From contig CAVRDD010000049.1 in the NCBI GenBank assembly GCA_963719715.1, forward strand, positions 314,000 to 377,999: DNA of 64,000 nt. The letters are read 5' to 3'. Source of the DNA: an uncultured beta proteobacterium (GTDB lineage Bacteria; Pseudomonadota; Gammaproteobacteria; Burkholderiales; JAEUMW01). Position numbers and translations under genes: made by a program. Shown here piece by piece: positions 32,490-43,243 of the stretch. Within the stretch, counting starts at the first letter, position 1; every line of letters starts with the position of its first letter. Under the pieces are notes generated by a model. The model was not told where the DNA came from. It saw nothing but the letters and a program-made list of their open reading frames with translations, and ran no database searches.

Positions 32490-34586
32490 ATGACTACCCA
32501 TACTCAAGCACTCCCCAGCACGTCTGCCGTACCCCACGCACTGGTCACGCGCAGCATCTTCATCGGTGCGATGAAAGACGCCCTCGTGAAGCTGCTGCCG
32601 CAGCACCAGTGGAAGAACCCGGTGATGTTCGTTGTCTATGTCGGCAGCGTGCTGACGACGCTGCTCTGGATACAGGCGCTCGCCGGGCAGGGAGAGGCGC
32701 CAACGGGCTTCATCCTGGCGATCACGCTGTGGCTCTGGTTCACCGTGCTCTTCGCGAATTTCGCTGAGGCGCTGGCGGAGGGGCGCAGCAAAGCGCAGGC
32801 GGCATCGCTGCGCTCCGCCAAGCGTGACGTGGTGGCGAAGAAGCTGTACGAGCCGAGGCACGATGCGCAGGTGTATTTCAAGCCGTCGAGCCAGCTCGTG
32901 CAGGGCGACGTGGTGCTGGTCGAGGCGGGTGACGTCATTCCCGGCGACGGCGAGGTGATTGAGGGTGCGGCCTCGGTCGACGAGAGCGCGATCACCGGCG
33001 AGAGTGCGCCAGTGATCCGCGAATCGGGGGGAGATTTCAGCTCCGTCACCGGCGGCACCCGCGTTCTTTCCGACTGGCTCGTGGTGCGCATCACCGCGCG
33101 TCCCGGCGAATCCTTCCTCGATCGCATGATCGCCATGGTCGAGGGTGCGCGCCGGCAGAAGACCCCGAACGAAATCGCGCTCACCATTCTGCTCGTCAAG
33201 CTGACACTGGTCTTCCTGCTCGCCACGGCGACGCTGCTGCCGTTCTCGATCTACAGCGTGAACCTCGCGCAGTTCGGTCAGCCGATCACGATGACGGTGC
33301 TCGTGGCGCTGCTCGTGTGCCTGATCCCGACCACCATCGGCGGGCTGCTCTCCGCGATCGGGGTAGCCGGCATGGGGCGCATGCTGCAAAAGAACGTCAT
33401 CGCGATGTCCGGGCGCGCGGTCGAGGCGGCCGGCGACGTCGATGTCCTGCTGCTCGACAAGACCGGCACCATAACGCTCGGCAACCGTCAGGCAACTGCC
33501 TTCGTTCCGGCGCCCGGGGTGAGTGAGCAGGAACTCGCGGACGCCGCCCAGCTTGCTTCGCTGGCCGACGAGACGCCTGAAGGGCGCAGCATCGTCGTCC
33601 TCGCAAAGCAGAAGTACGGGCTGCGTGGGCGTGACATCCACGCGCTGGGCGCCCAGTTCGTCCATTTCAGCGCCAAGACGCGCATGAGCGGGGTGGACGT
33701 GGAGGGACGCGAAGTCCGCAAGGGTGCGGCGGACGCCGTGCGCGCGCAGGTGGAGCGCCTCGGCGGCAGCATGCCGCGGCAGGTACAGGAGGCCGTCGAG
33801 CAGGTGTCGCGGCGCGGGGCGACGCCGCTCGTGGTCGCCGACGGAGCGAAGGTGCTCGGCGTGATCGAGCTCAAGGACATCGTCAAGGGCGGCATCCGGG
33901 AGCGCTTCGCGCAGCTGCGCCGCATGGGCATCAAGACCGTGATGATCACCGGTGACAACCGGCTCACGGCGGCCACCATCGCCGCCGAAGCCGGCGTCGA
34001 CGATTTTCTCGCCGAGGCCACGCCAGAGGCGAAGCTCAAGCTGATCCGCGACACGCAGGCGGAGGGGCGGCTCGTCGCCATGACCGGCGATGGCACCAAC
34101 GACGCGCCTGCGCTCGCGCAAGCCGACGTGGCGGTGGCGATGAACACCGGCACCCAGGCGGCGAAAGAAGCCGGCAACATGGTCGACCTCGACTCCAACC
34201 CGACCAAGCTGATCGAGGTCGTCGAGACCGGCAAGCAACTGCTGATGACGCGCGGCGCGCTCACCACGTTTTCCATCGCCAACGACGTGGCCAAGTATTT
34301 CGCGATCATTCCGGCGGCGTTCGCGACCACCTATCCGCAACTCAATGCGCTCAACGTCATGCACCTCACGAGCCCTGCGAGCGCGATCCTCGCTGCCGTG
34401 ATCTTCAACGCGCTCATCATCGTCGCGCTCATCCCACTCGCGCTGAAGGGCGTCAAGTACCGGCCACTCGGCGCGGCAGCGGTGCTGCGCAAGAATCTGT
34501 GGATCTACGGCGTCGGCGGACTCGTCGTGCCATTCGCCGGGATCAAGGTCATCGACCTGCTGCTGTCGGCGATCGGGCTGGCCTGA
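32490..34586 (+). CDS. kdpB: K+-transporting ATPase subunit B
   Basis: [17 protein letters not shown] and [10 protein letters not shown]. Confidence 0.97.
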   Translation: MTTHTQALPSTSAVPHALVTRSIFIGAMKDALVKLLPQHQWKNPVMFVVYVGSVLTTLLWIQALAGQGEAPTGFILAITLWLWFTVLFANFAEALAEGRSKAQAASLRSAKRDVVAKKLYEPRHDAQVYFKPSSQLVQGDVVLVEAGDVIPGDGEVIEGAASVDESAITGESAPVIRESGGDFSSVTGGTRVLSDWLVVRITARPGESFLDRMIAMVEGARRQKTPNEIALTILLVKLTLVFLLATATLLPFSIYSVNLAQFGQPITMTVLVALLVCLIPTTIGGLLSAIGVAGMGRMLQKNVIAMSGRAVEAAGDVDVLLLDKTGTITLGNRQATAFVPAPGVSEQELADAAQLASLADETPEGRSIVVLAKQKYGLRGRDIHALGAQFVHFSAKTRMSGVDVEGREVRKGAADAVRAQVERLGGSMPRQVQEAVEQVSRRGATPLVVADGAKVLGVIELKDIVKGGIRERFAQLRRMGIKTVMITGDNRLTAATIAAEAGVDDFLAEATPEAKLKLIRDTQAEGRLVAMTGDGTNDAPALAQADVAVAMNTGTQAAKEAGNMVDLDSNPTKLIEVVETGKQLLMTRGALTTFSIANDVAKYFAIIPAAFATTYPQLNALNVMHLTSPASAILAAVIFNALIIVALIPLALKGVKYRPLGAAAVLRKNLWIYGVGGLVVPFAGIKVIDLLLSAIGLA

Positions 34587-34678
34587 TGCGCGGGCGGGGC
34601 CTGCACGTTTGCGAAATCTTTACGCGGAGGCACGGGGTCTTTATCTGGCGTTTCCGGTGCGCGGACTATCCTCTGCAC

Positions 34679-35005
34679 ATGAATCGATGCGGGATGCAAA
34701 CGATGACCAGGGTCTTACACACGCGATCGCGACCTATCGGCAGCGTGCAGCGCCATCCCGTCGCTGATCACAGGGGTCGACCGGCGTCGGTGGTAGCGGC
34801 AGGCGCCTTGGACCCGAACAATGCCGGGGCGAGAATTCTCGGCCATGTCGTCGCGGGACTTCTCGTCGTCGCCATCGCCCTGTCCGTTTTCGTGGACGTC
34901 CGTTATGGCTGGGTCGCCCGTCAGTTCGAATTGTTCACGGCGTCGAACGCCGGGGGCAACTTGCCCTTGGCGGCGCGCGCAAATCATCTCAAATCCGGAG
35001 CGTGA
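34679..35005 (+). CDS. Hypothetical single-TM protein between kdpB and kdpC
   Basis: Fills a 420 bp gap; TM segment ILGHVVAGLLVVAIALSVFV; ends 3 bp before kdpC. Start uncertain. Confidence 0.5.
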   Translation: MNRCGMQTMTRVLHTRSRPIGSVQRHPVADHRGRPASVVAAGALDPNNAGARILGHVVAGLLVVAIALSVFVDVRYGWVARQFELFTASNAGGNLPLAARANHLKSGA

Positions 35006-35008
35006 AGA

Positions 35009-35581
35009 ATGCTGTCCCAATTTCGCCCTGCCCTCGTGATGCTCGTGCTCATGAGCCTTGTCACCGGGCTCGCCTATCCGCTCGCGGTCACGGGCATCGC
35101 CCAGAGCATTTTCCCGAAGCAGGCAAACGGCAGTCTGATCGAACGCGACGGCAAGGCGGTGGGTTCGAATCTCATCGGTCAGCCGTTCTCCGACCCGAAG
35201 TATTTCTGGAGCCGGGCTTCCGCAACGACGCCGTTTCCGTACAACGCAGCCGCGTCCGGTGGTTCGAACCAGGGGCCTTTGAATCCGGCTTTGGCGGATG
35301 CCGTCGCCGCGCGCATCAAGAGCCTGCGCGACGCCGATCCGGAAAACAGCGCTGCCGTTCCGGTCGACTTGGTGACTGCCTCCGGCAGCGGGCTCGATCC
35401 ACACATCAGCCCGGCCGCCGCCGAGTACCAGGTCAGTCGGGTCGCGAAAGCGCGGCGCCTGGATCCATCGAAACTCCGCGCGCTGGTGGCGGAATCAACG
35501 GAAGGCCGCCAGTTCGATTTTCTCGGTGAGCCGCGTGTGAACGTGCTCACGCTCAACATCGCGCTGGACGCGTTCCGTTGA
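35009..35581 (+). CDS. kdpC: K+-transporting ATPase subunit C
   Basis: [26 protein letters not shown] and GEPRVNVL. Confidence 0.96.
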   Translation: MLSQFRPALVMLVLMSLVTGLAYPLAVTGIAQSIFPKQANGSLIERDGKAVGSNLIGQPFSDPKYFWSRASATTPFPYNAAASGGSNQGPLNPALADAVAARIKSLRDADPENSAAVPVDLVTASGSGLDPHISPAAAEYQVSRVAKARRLDPSKLRALVAESTEGRQFDFLGEPRVNVLTLNIALDAFR

Positions 35582-35614
35582 CGCGTTATACGTGCGCTCA
35601 CCCGACATCACGGC

Positions 35615-35791
35615 ATGGAAACGCTCGACCCGGTTTTGCTGGTCATGCTCGGCGTCGCGGCGCTCCTCGTTCCTCTTGTGCAGGCGGCCGCAATCGTCGA
35701 GTGGCTCGCACGACGCCGCCCAAATGCGAATTGCAGAGATGACCGAGCGGCGGCAGAAACAGATGCCGATGCCACTTCACGGGATCTGTGA
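35615..35791 (+). CDS. Putative 58 aa membrane protein
   Basis: METLDPVLLVMLGVAALLVPLVQAAAIVEWLARRRP...; TM helix followed by a basic cluster; stop abuts the next gene. Confidence 0.45.
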   Translation: METLDPVLLVMLGVAALLVPLVQAAAIVEWLARRRPNANCRDDRAAAETDADATSRDL

Positions 35792-35792
35792 C

Positions 35793-37505
35793 ATGCTGAA
35801 CCAGCCCACAATGGAAACCACCTCGCCTGACACCGGTGCAGGAGCGCCACCCATAGTCAAGAAATTCCGGCAGATCTGCCTGTGGCCGGTGCAACTGGTG
35901 TCACGCAAGAAAAGCCGGCAGGTCCAGAAGCATTGGGAGTTCCCCGCGGACTGCGCTGATGCCGCGGTCTGGAAGGAACTGGTCGACGAATTTCCCAGCG
36001 ATTCGACTCAGTTCACGGAGCGCCACTACAAGGAGTTCGTTACCTTTCTTCCCTACGTGCAGCGCTTCCTGTATGGCGAGGGTGCCGCGATCGACGGAGA
36101 GGGAGCGTATGGGCGTTCACCCATACGGGTGTTCCGCCGGGAGGATGTCGCGCAAGCCCGGGTCACCTTTCCGGGGGACCCTTTGCCCGTGCTGTTCGAC
36201 ATCGCACACGTCGATCTCTATCTTTTCTATGACATAGACGTCGCCATCCTCGTGGTCGAGATCTTTGCGCAGGATCTGCGGCTGTCACAGGCGCTCGATG
36301 CGCGTTACCGTTTCGGCCGGGCGTATCCCACGCATTGGGAACCGAGTGGCCGCGGCGGACACTGCGCCGAGCGGGTAGAGTGGCTAGGCTTGGGCGGCGA
36401 GGTTCTGTCCGCGTCTGATTACGACGAGCGCGACCGCTATCTGGCCCACGTCTGTGAGCACCGCGTCACGCACGTCGCCGCCCACTGGGCGTATCTGATG
36501 CGGCCGCTCGTACTTCACCACTCCGGCGAGCGCGGCGAGATCCGCTACCGCGAGATCGAATATCAGCGAATGCCCCTCATGGGCTATCTGGCGTTTGACG
36601 ATCGGACGCGTCTTAGCCGTGGCGACCTGATTCGGATCGGTCTCGTCACCCGGCCGGGCGATCCGGAGACCTGGCCGTACTCGAAGCGCTTTCTGCGGAA
36701 TTTCGAGTCGCGCTACTGTTACGACCGCTACTGGGACGAGACGAGGCCGCACGACTGGCCGGACACCCGCTTCCTGTGCAATGGACATGCATTCACCATC
36801 ATCGGCAATGCGGGCGAGCCCTTCTTCACCGATGCGGCGACAGGTGTGCTGAGCCAGTTCCGCCATCAGTATTTTCTGTTCGGGCTGATGGCGCACTTCC
36901 ACAAGGCGGCGTTGCTCATGCTTGCTGACCGGCTGGTGGTCGCGATCAGCGGGCTCGATATTCACCGCCCCGATTCGGTTCGGGCATTCAAGCGTTCCAT
37001 TCGCGAGACGCAGGGGATCTTTCTGCGCTTCACGCACCGCTACTGGTTCCACGAAGTATCGGACCAGTCGCAGGCGCGCGAGATCTTCCGCATGTGGACA
37101 GAGCACCTCGGCACCGAGCGACTGTACGAGGAGGTCCGCCAGCGCCTTCAGGACATGACGTACTATCTTGACAGCGACCAGCTGCGGCGGCAGGCCGATA
37201 CGGTGGTGAGGCTGACTGTCGTCACCGTCTTCGGGCTCGTGATCAATATCGTTACGGGCTACTTTGGGATGAATCTTCTTGCCGAGGCCGACAGCCCACT
37301 CGCCCTGAAGCTCATCTATTTCACGCTGGTGCTCATTCCGACGCTGGCACTCATCTTCTACATCATCTCCAAGTCGAAGCGGCTCTCCGAGTTCCTCGAT
37401 TCGCTGTCGGACGAGCGCCTGCGCAGCGGACAGAAACTCGGTTCGCTACTGAACGTGTGGCGGACGCGAGCAGCGGCGTGTGAGGAGACGCACGGCGTAA
37501 ACTAG
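35793..37505 (+). CDS. Large soluble domain fused to a CorA-like two-TM C-terminus
   Basis: C-terminal RLTVVTVFGL...TGYFGMNL carries the GMN signature followed by a second TM helix; the ~480 aa N-terminus is not canonical CorA. Confidence 0.75.
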   Translation: MLNQPTMETTSPDTGAGAPPIVKKFRQICLWPVQLVSRKKSRQVQKHWEFPADCADAAVWKELVDEFPSDSTQFTERHYKEFVTFLPYVQRFLYGEGAAIDGEGAYGRSPIRVFRREDVAQARVTFPGDPLPVLFDIAHVDLYLFYDIDVAILVVEIFAQDLRLSQALDARYRFGRAYPTHWEPSGRGGHCAERVEWLGLGGEVLSASDYDERDRYLAHVCEHRVTHVAAHWAYLMRPLVLHHSGERGEIRYREIEYQRMPLMGYLAFDDRTRLSRGDLIRIGLVTRPGDPETWPYSKRFLRNFESRYCYDRYWDETRPHDWPDTRFLCNGHAFTIIGNAGEPFFTDAATGVLSQFRHQYFLFGLMAHFHKAALLMLADRLVVAISGLDIHRPDSVRAFKRSIRETQGIFLRFTHRYWFHEVSDQSQAREIFRMWTEHLGTERLYEEVRQRLQDMTYYLDSDQLRRQADTVVRLTVVTVFGLVINIVTGYFGMNLLAEADSPLALKLIYFTLVLIPTLALIFYIISKSKRLSEFLDSLSDERLRSGQKLGSLLNVWRTRAAACEETHGVN

Positions 37506-37551
37506 GTGATCCCCATCACGCCTCCCAATCTTCGGCGAAAGGATTCTGGCA

Positions 37552-40275
37552 GTGGTCGACGAGCGTCCTGATCCGGACAAACTGCTGGAACGGCTGCAGC
37601 TCGACCAGACCAAGGCGAAGCACGGCAAGCTGCACATCTTCTTCGGCGCGTCGGCGGGCGTCGGCAAGACCTACGCGATGCTCAACGCGGCGCGCTCGGC
37701 GCGCGCCGCGGGCACGGACGTCGTTGTTGGCCTGGTCGAGACGCACGGGCGCGCAGAGACGGCGGCGCTGCTGGAAGGCCTGGAGGTGCTGCCGCGCAAG
37801 CAGATCGATCACCGCAGCTCGCGGCTGGAGGAATTCGATCTCGACGCGGCGCTCGCCCGCAATCCTGAACTCATTCTGGTCGACGAGCTCGCCCACTCCA
37901 ACGCCCCTGGCTCGCGGCATCCCAAACGCTGTCAGGACGTGGAGGAGTTGCTGCGCGCGGGCATCAACGTCTACACCACCGTCAACGTGCAGCACCTCGA
38001 AAGTCTGAACGACGTGGTGGGGGGCATCACGGGCATCCGCGTGCGCGAGACGGTGCCGGATCGCGTGTTCGATCAAGCGGACGAGGTGGTGCTGGTCGAC
38101 CTGCCGCCGGACGATCTGCTGCAGCGTTTGAAGGAAGGCAAGGTCTACCTCCCGCACCAGGCCGAGCGGGCGATCCGCAACTTCTTCCGCAAGGGCAACC
38201 TCATCGCGCTGCGCGAACTGGCGCTGCGCCAGGCTGCCGATCGTGTCGACCAGGAAGTGCGCGCGTACCGGCGCGAGAAATCGATCGGCCGCGTCTGGCA
38301 GACGAAGGAGGCGCTGCTTGCGTGCATCGGCCCCGCCGTCGGCGGCGACCGCGTGGTGCGGGCGACGGCGCGACTTGCCGATGGTCTCGATGCACCATGG
38401 CATGCCGTGTACGTCGAGACGCCACGCCTGCAGCGGCTCTCCGAGTCACGGCGTCAGCGCATCCTCGCCACCCTCAAGCTGGCTGAGGAACTCGGGGCGG
38501 TGACGACAACGATTCCCGGACACGACAGCGCCAACGGATTCGTCGAGTACGCGCGCACGCACAACATCTCGCGCCTCGTCATCGAACGCCCGCGCCGCCC
38601 TGCTGCATGGCGCCGCCTGTGGAGCGCCTCGCTCCCCGACCGCCTGGGCTATCTTGCAGCGGATGTGGACGTGGTCGAAATCGCCCCTGACGACGTGGCG
38701 GCGGAGGAGCGCGGAGCGACGGACGAAGGCACGGCAGCGGCTGCGTCGGCACTTGGGGCGTGGCGCGGCTACCTGTGGTCGGCGGGGGCATGCGGCGTGG
38801 CCGCCCTGCTTGCGAGCGCGCTCTTTCCCTACTTCGAACTGGCGAACATCGTCATGGTGTTCCTGCTCGCCGTGGTCCTGACCGCGGTGCGGCTCGGACG
38901 CGGGCCGGCCGTGCTCGCCGCCTTTCTGAGCGTCGGGCTTTTCGACTTCTTCTTCGTCGCGCCGCACTTCTCGTTCGCGGTGAGGGACGCGCAGTATCTG
39001 CTCACCTTCGTCGTGATGCTGGCGGTAGCACTCGTCATTGGCCAGCTCACCGCCGGCCTGCGTTACCAGGCGAGGGTGGCGCAGCAGCGCGAGAACCGCG
39101 CGCACTCACTGTACGAACTGGCGCGGGAATTGGCCGGTGCGATTGCTCCGGAACAGACCGCGGAGATGTGCGAGCGCTTCCTGGCGAAGGGCTTTCGCGC
39201 GAAATCGGCGGTGCTGTTGACGGGCACGGAGGAGCGGCTGGATAAACCGGTGGCGGGCGGCGGCATTGCTTCCGACGCGCTCGATCTCGGCATCGCGCAA
39301 TGGGTGCACGACCAGGGCCAGCCGGCGGGGGTGGGCACCGACACGCTGCCGGCGAGCAACATTCTCTACCTTCCGCTGAAGGCGCCGATGCGCACACGCG
39401 GGGTGCTGGCGATCCAGCCAGCGGTGCCGCGCTGGGTGCTCGTGCCCGAGCGCAGGCGCCAGCTCGACATCCTCGCCACGCTGCTGGCGATCTCGGTCGA
39501 GCGTCTGCATTACGTCGCGGTCGCGCGCGACGCGCTGGTGACGATGGAATCCGAACGACTGCGCAACTCACTGCTGTCGGCGCTGTCGCACGATCTGCGC
39601 ACGCCGCTCACCGCGCTCGTGGGTCTCGCCGACTCACTGGTGATGGCCCCGCGCGGAATTAGCGAACACCAGATCGAGCTGGCGGCGGCGATTCGCGAAG
39701 AGGCGTTGCGGATGAGCAGGCTCGTCAACAACCTGCTCGACATGGCGCGACTGGAAGCGGGCGAGGTGCGCCTCAACCTGCAGTGGCAGCCCGTCGAGGA
39801 AGTGGTCGGCAGCGCCCTCAAGGCATCACGCTCGCTGCTCGCGAGCCATCGCGTGAGCGTGCGCATCCCGGTCGATGCGCCACTCGTGCAGTTCGATGCC
39901 GTGCTGATCGAGCGGGTGCTGTGCAATCTGCTCGAGAACGCCGCCAAGCACACGCCGGCGGGGACCGAAATCCGCGTCTCGGCGGCGGTCCGGGACGAGC
40001 TCACGGAGATAGCGGTGGCGGACGACGGCCCCGGTCTGCCGTCGGGCCTGGGCGAGCGCATCTTCCACAAGTTCACGCGCGGGCGCGAGGAGTCCGCCGT
40101 GCCCGGCGTGGGGCTGGGGCTCGCGATCTGCCGTGCCATCGTCGAAGCGCACGGCGGCGCCATACGCGCGGAATCGCCGGACAAGGGCGGCGCGCGTTTC
40201 GTCTTCACGCTGCCGCTCGGCACGCCGCCGCAGATCGAGGAGGCAGAAACCGTCGCTGTGGAGGAAGCGCGATGA
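37552..40275 (+). CDS. kdpD: Sensor histidine kinase KdpD
   Basis: GVGKTYAML, VDELAHSN, Usp domain, four TM helices, GAF and SHDLRTPL. Confidence 0.97.
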   Translation: MVDERPDPDKLLERLQLDQTKAKHGKLHIFFGASAGVGKTYAMLNAARSARAAGTDVVVGLVETHGRAETAALLEGLEVLPRKQIDHRSSRLEEFDLDAALARNPELILVDELAHSNAPGSRHPKRCQDVEELLRAGINVYTTVNVQHLESLNDVVGGITGIRVRETVPDRVFDQADEVVLVDLPPDDLLQRLKEGKVYLPHQAERAIRNFFRKGNLIALRELALRQAADRVDQEVRAYRREKSIGRVWQTKEALLACIGPAVGGDRVVRATARLADGLDAPWHAVYVETPRLQRLSESRRQRILATLKLAEELGAVTTTIPGHDSANGFVEYARTHNISRLVIERPRRPAAWRRLWSASLPDRLGYLAADVDVVEIAPDDVAAEERGATDEGTAAAASALGAWRGYLWSAGACGVAALLASALFPYFELANIVMVFLLAVVLTAVRLGRGPAVLAAFLSVGLFDFFFVAPHFSFAVRDAQYLLTFVVMLAVALVIGQLTAGLRYQARVAQQRENRAHSLYELARELAGAIAPEQTAEMCERFLAKGFRAKSAVLLTGTEERLDKPVAGGGIASDALDLGIAQWVHDQGQPAGVGTDTLPASNILYLPLKAPMRTRGVLAIQPAVPRWVLVPERRRQLDILATLLAISVERLHYVAVARDALVTMESERLRNSLLSALSHDLRTPLTALVGLADSLVMAPRGISEHQIELAAAIREEALRMSRLVNNLLDMARLEAGEVRLNLQWQPVEEVVGSALKASRSLLASHRVSVRIPVDAPLVQFDAVLIERVLCNLLENAAKHTPAGTEIRVSAAVRDELTEIAVADDGPGLPSGLGERIFHKFTRGREESAVPGVGLGLAICRAIVEAHGGAIRAESPDKGGARFVFTLPLGTPPQIEEAETVAVEEAR

Positions 40276-40964
40276 CGACGCCCGCGCCGAGCATCGTGCT
40301 GGTGGAGGACGAGCCGCAGATACGGCGCTTCGTGCGCGGTGCGCTCGAATCCGAAGGTTGCCAGGTGTTCGAGGCCGAGTCGTTCAGGAAAGGCCTGGTG
40401 GAAGCAGGCACGCGCAAGCCCGACCTCGTGGTGCTGGATCTCGGGCTGCCCGATGGCGACGGCGTGGATTTCATCCGCGACCTGCGCGGCTGGAGCGGTG
40501 TGCCGGTCGTGGTGCTGTCCGCGCGCGCCGACGAGCAGGACAAGATAGACGCGCTCGACGCGGGCGCAGACGACTACCTGACCAAGCCCTTCGGCGTCGG
40601 CGAACTGCTCGCGCGGGTGCGCGCCGCGCTGCGGCGGGCCAGCCGGCGCGGCGAAGCGGGCGAGACGGTGATCGAGTTTGGCGACGTCGTCGTCGATCTC
40701 GTGAACCGCATCGTGAAACGCGCGGAAGAGGAATTGCATCTCACGCCGATCGAGTATCGGCTGCTGGCGCACCTCACGTCACAGCCCGGCAAGGTGCTGA
40801 CCCATCGCCAGATCCTGCGCGAGGTCTGGGGGCCGTCGCACGTCGATAGCAGCCATTACCTGCGCATCTACATGGGCCACCTGCGGCACAAGCTGGAAGC
40901 CGATCCGGCGCAGCCGCGCCACTTCATCACCGAGACCGGGGTCGGCTATCGCTTCGTGCCGTAG
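40272..40964 (+). CDS. kdpE: Response regulator KdpE
   Basis: VEDEPQIRRF, DLGLPDGDG, HYLRIYMGHLRHKLE and TETGVGYRF. Confidence 0.96.
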   Translation: MTTPAPSIVLVEDEPQIRRFVRGALESEGCQVFEAESFRKGLVEAGTRKPDLVVLDLGLPDGDGVDFIRDLRGWSGVPVVVLSARADEQDKIDALDAGADDYLTKPFGVGELLARVRAALRRASRRGEAGETVIEFGDVVVDLVNRIVKRAEEELHLTPIEYRLLAHLTSQPGKVLTHRQILREVWGPSHVDSSHYLRIYMGHLRHKLEADPAQPRHFITETGVGYRFVP

Positions 40965-41031
40965 TGGTCGTGCATCTCATCTCAGGTGGTGCGCTGTTCA
41001 TGGGACCGAGTTCTCGGAAGCGGCTAATGCG

Positions 41032-42357
41032 TCAAGCCGAGGAGGGTGGCCAGATAGCCAGCGACACCGCACGCGCAGTATTACCGGGATTACGCCGAGC
41101 TTGAATCGAAACAGGGCGAGGAGCGCCGCGACACCGATCAGCGCGGCCACCCACTCGAAGGTACCCGAGAAGCCGGACGGCCAGAGCACATGGTAGGCGA
41201 AGAAAGCGGCGAGGTTGACGATCACCCCTACCACCGGCGGCAGTAATGCCAGTGAGCGGGGCTGTGAAGTGCAGGTTCTCGTGTGTCGTCTCCACGAGCG
41301 GACCACCCAGCAGGATGAAGATGAAAGACGGCAGGAACGTAAATAGGGTCGCGACGGTGGCGCCTGCCGCTCCAGCCAAGAAGAGCGAATCGGGGCCAAA
41401 CACTTCTTTGCCCCAAGCCCCGACGAATCCAACGAACGCGACAACCATGATGAGCGGGCCCGGCGTGGTCTCGCCGAGCGCGAGACCGTCGATCATCTGC
41501 GTGGTGTTCAGCCATTGGTGGTGCTCCACCGCGCCTTGATAGACGTAGGGAAGCACCGCGTAAGCGCCGCCGAAGGTCAGCAGCGCCGCTTTCGTGAAAA
41601 ACCATCCCATCTGAGTGAGGACGCTCTGCCAGCCCCATGCTGCCGAAAGCAGGGCCATGCCACCTGCCCAAAGCGCAAGTCCTGCTCCGAGCACCCATGC
41701 GAAGCGGGCGCGCGTGAACCGCGCATGCTCCGGGGTCGGCGTATCGTCGTCGATGAGCGCCGGCCCGTACCTCGCTTGCGCACTGCCGTGACCGCCGCCG
41801 ATCCGGAACTTCTCCGGGTAGACGCGACCGCCGACGTAGCCGATGAAACCGGCAGCCAGCACGATGGCTGGAAACGGAGCGTTCAGCGCAAAGATGGCGA
41901 CGAACGCCGCAGCGGCAATCAGCCACAGCACGGGATTGCGGAGCGCCCGCGAGCCTATGCGATAGGCGGCGAACACGACGATGGCTGTGACGGCGGGTTT
42001 GATTCCGTAGAGAACACCAGCGACCGCCGGGAGGTTTCCGAGCGCCATGTAGAGCCACGAGAGCGCGATCAGGATGAAGAGCGACGGCAGCACGAACAGG
42101 CCGCCGGCGACGATGCCGCCCCAGGTTCGATGCATGAGCCAGCCGATGTAGGTCGCAAGCTGCTGGGCTTCGGGGCCGGGCAGCACCATGCAGTAATTCA
42201 GCGCATGCAGAAAGCGCTTCTCCGAAATCCAGCGCCGACGCTCGACCAGCTCCTGATGCATGATGGCAATCTGGCCTGCGGGTCCCCCGAAACTGATGAA
42301 ACCGAGCTTCAGCCAGAAGCGGACTGCCTCGGCGAATGACACGGGGGTGCTCTTCAT
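41032..42357 (-). CDS. chrA: Chromate efflux transporter (frameshifts near 41240 and 41080; exact stop uncertain)
   Basis: LGFISFGGPAGQIA, LPGPEAQQLA, TFGGAYAVL and ETTPGP; the terminal VVGVIVNLAAFF lies in another frame. Confidence 0.9.
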   Translation of the reverse strand: MKSTPVSFAEAVRFWLKLGFISFGGPAGQIAIMHQELVERRRWISEKRFLHALNYCMVLPGPEAQQLATYIGWLMHRTWGGIVAGGLFVLPSLFILIALSWLYMALGNLPAVAGVLYGIKPAVTAIVVFAAYRIGSRALRNPVLWLIAAAAFVAIFALNAPFPAIVLAAGFIGYVGGRVYPEKFRIGGGHGSAQARYGPALIDDDTPTPEHARFTRARFAWVLGAGLALWAGGMALLSAAWGWQSVLTQMGWFFTKAALLTFGGAYAVLPYVYQGAVEHHQWLNTTQMIDGLALGETTPGPLIMVVAFVGFVGAWGKEVFGPDSLFLAGAAGATVATLFTFLPSFIFILLGGPLVETTHENLHFTAPLTGITAAGGRGDRQPRRFLRLPCALAVRLLGYLRVGGRADRCRGAPRPVSIQARRNPGNTARAVSLAIWPPSSA

Positions 42358-43171
42358 CGCATGGTTTCCGGATGCCAGCCGTGTGTTTCTGCCTGGGCGT
42401 GCCGGCACCAGGCATAGAGCGCGTCGTAGAGCACCATGCCCGCTGCGAGCATCTCGAGATCGTCGGGATAGCTCTGCGAGCAGTCCGAGGGACACGGCAA
42501 GCAGGCCGGGAGACTGCGGTGTCAGTTCCAGTCTTCGCCGGTATCCGCGCCGCGGACGATGGCGGCAAGCTGGTGCAGCGCCGGCTCGGTCAGGCCGAAC
42601 GCACGAAGCAGCGCGTCGAAGCTGCAAAGCTCCCCATCGTGCTCGATGGCGCCCCCGGGAATGTCGAAGGCGACAGCGCCCTTCGCCTCTGCGACCGCAA
42701 AGACATCGTGGGTCGGCACATAGAAAAACTCGGCACGCGGGTCGATGAACCGACGTATCAGCCACGGACATGCGATCCGGTCGATCTTCGGACGCTCGCG
42801 CGTAACCCAGCGAGACGGGTCCTCTGACGGCACGCCCAGCGCCGGGTTCTTCGTGATCAGAGGCGCGCCTGCGTCGCGCCAAGCCTCGATGCCGCCTTCG
42901 AGAAATCGCGCTGCATGCCCCAGCTCGCGCAGGCGCTCGGCGGCGTCTCGACTGACTTCACGGCCGTGCACGCAATAGCAGACGATCTCGATCCCGGGGA
43001 AGCTCGCGCCGCAAACTCCGCGATGGCATCCGGGGCACATCGAAGCGCACCGGGAACCATAGTGGAGTCGGCGTCGAATGCCAGCGGTCGACGGACATCG
43101 ACAACCATCGGCCAGTGGCGGGTACCTAGACGGGCGAGAAGTTCGGGAACGGGTAGGAAGACGGTGTCCAT
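42354..43171 (-). CDS. chrB: Chromate resistance protein ChrB (rhodanese + ChrB_C); frameshifts near 43005 and 42530
   Basis: VVDVRR, YCVHGREVS, WVTRERPKIDRIACPWLIRRFID and GLLAVSLGL spread across frames; ATGA overlap with chrA. Confidence 0.85.
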
Positions 43172-43184
43172 GGCTGTCTCCAGG

Positions 43185-43243
43185 GAACGTCAGGGCTTGG
43201 ACGGGACACCGTCTTGGGAAGGCCGGGAGCCTGCATCCCGACA
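43185..43243 (-). promoter_or_regulatory. Structured 5' leader of chrB (candidate chrB-type RNA motif)
   Basis: Minus strand GTCGGG...CCCTGAC outer stem enclosing a GACGG-TGTC-CCGTC hairpin, just before the RBS. Confidence 0.45.

Noticed and set aside
30417-34586. Apparent 1389 aa KdpA-KdpB fusion in the ORF track
   Set aside because: Caused by a one-base indel near 32240. The true KdpA C-terminus is in another frame with its own stop at 32469, and kdpB has its own ATG at 32490.
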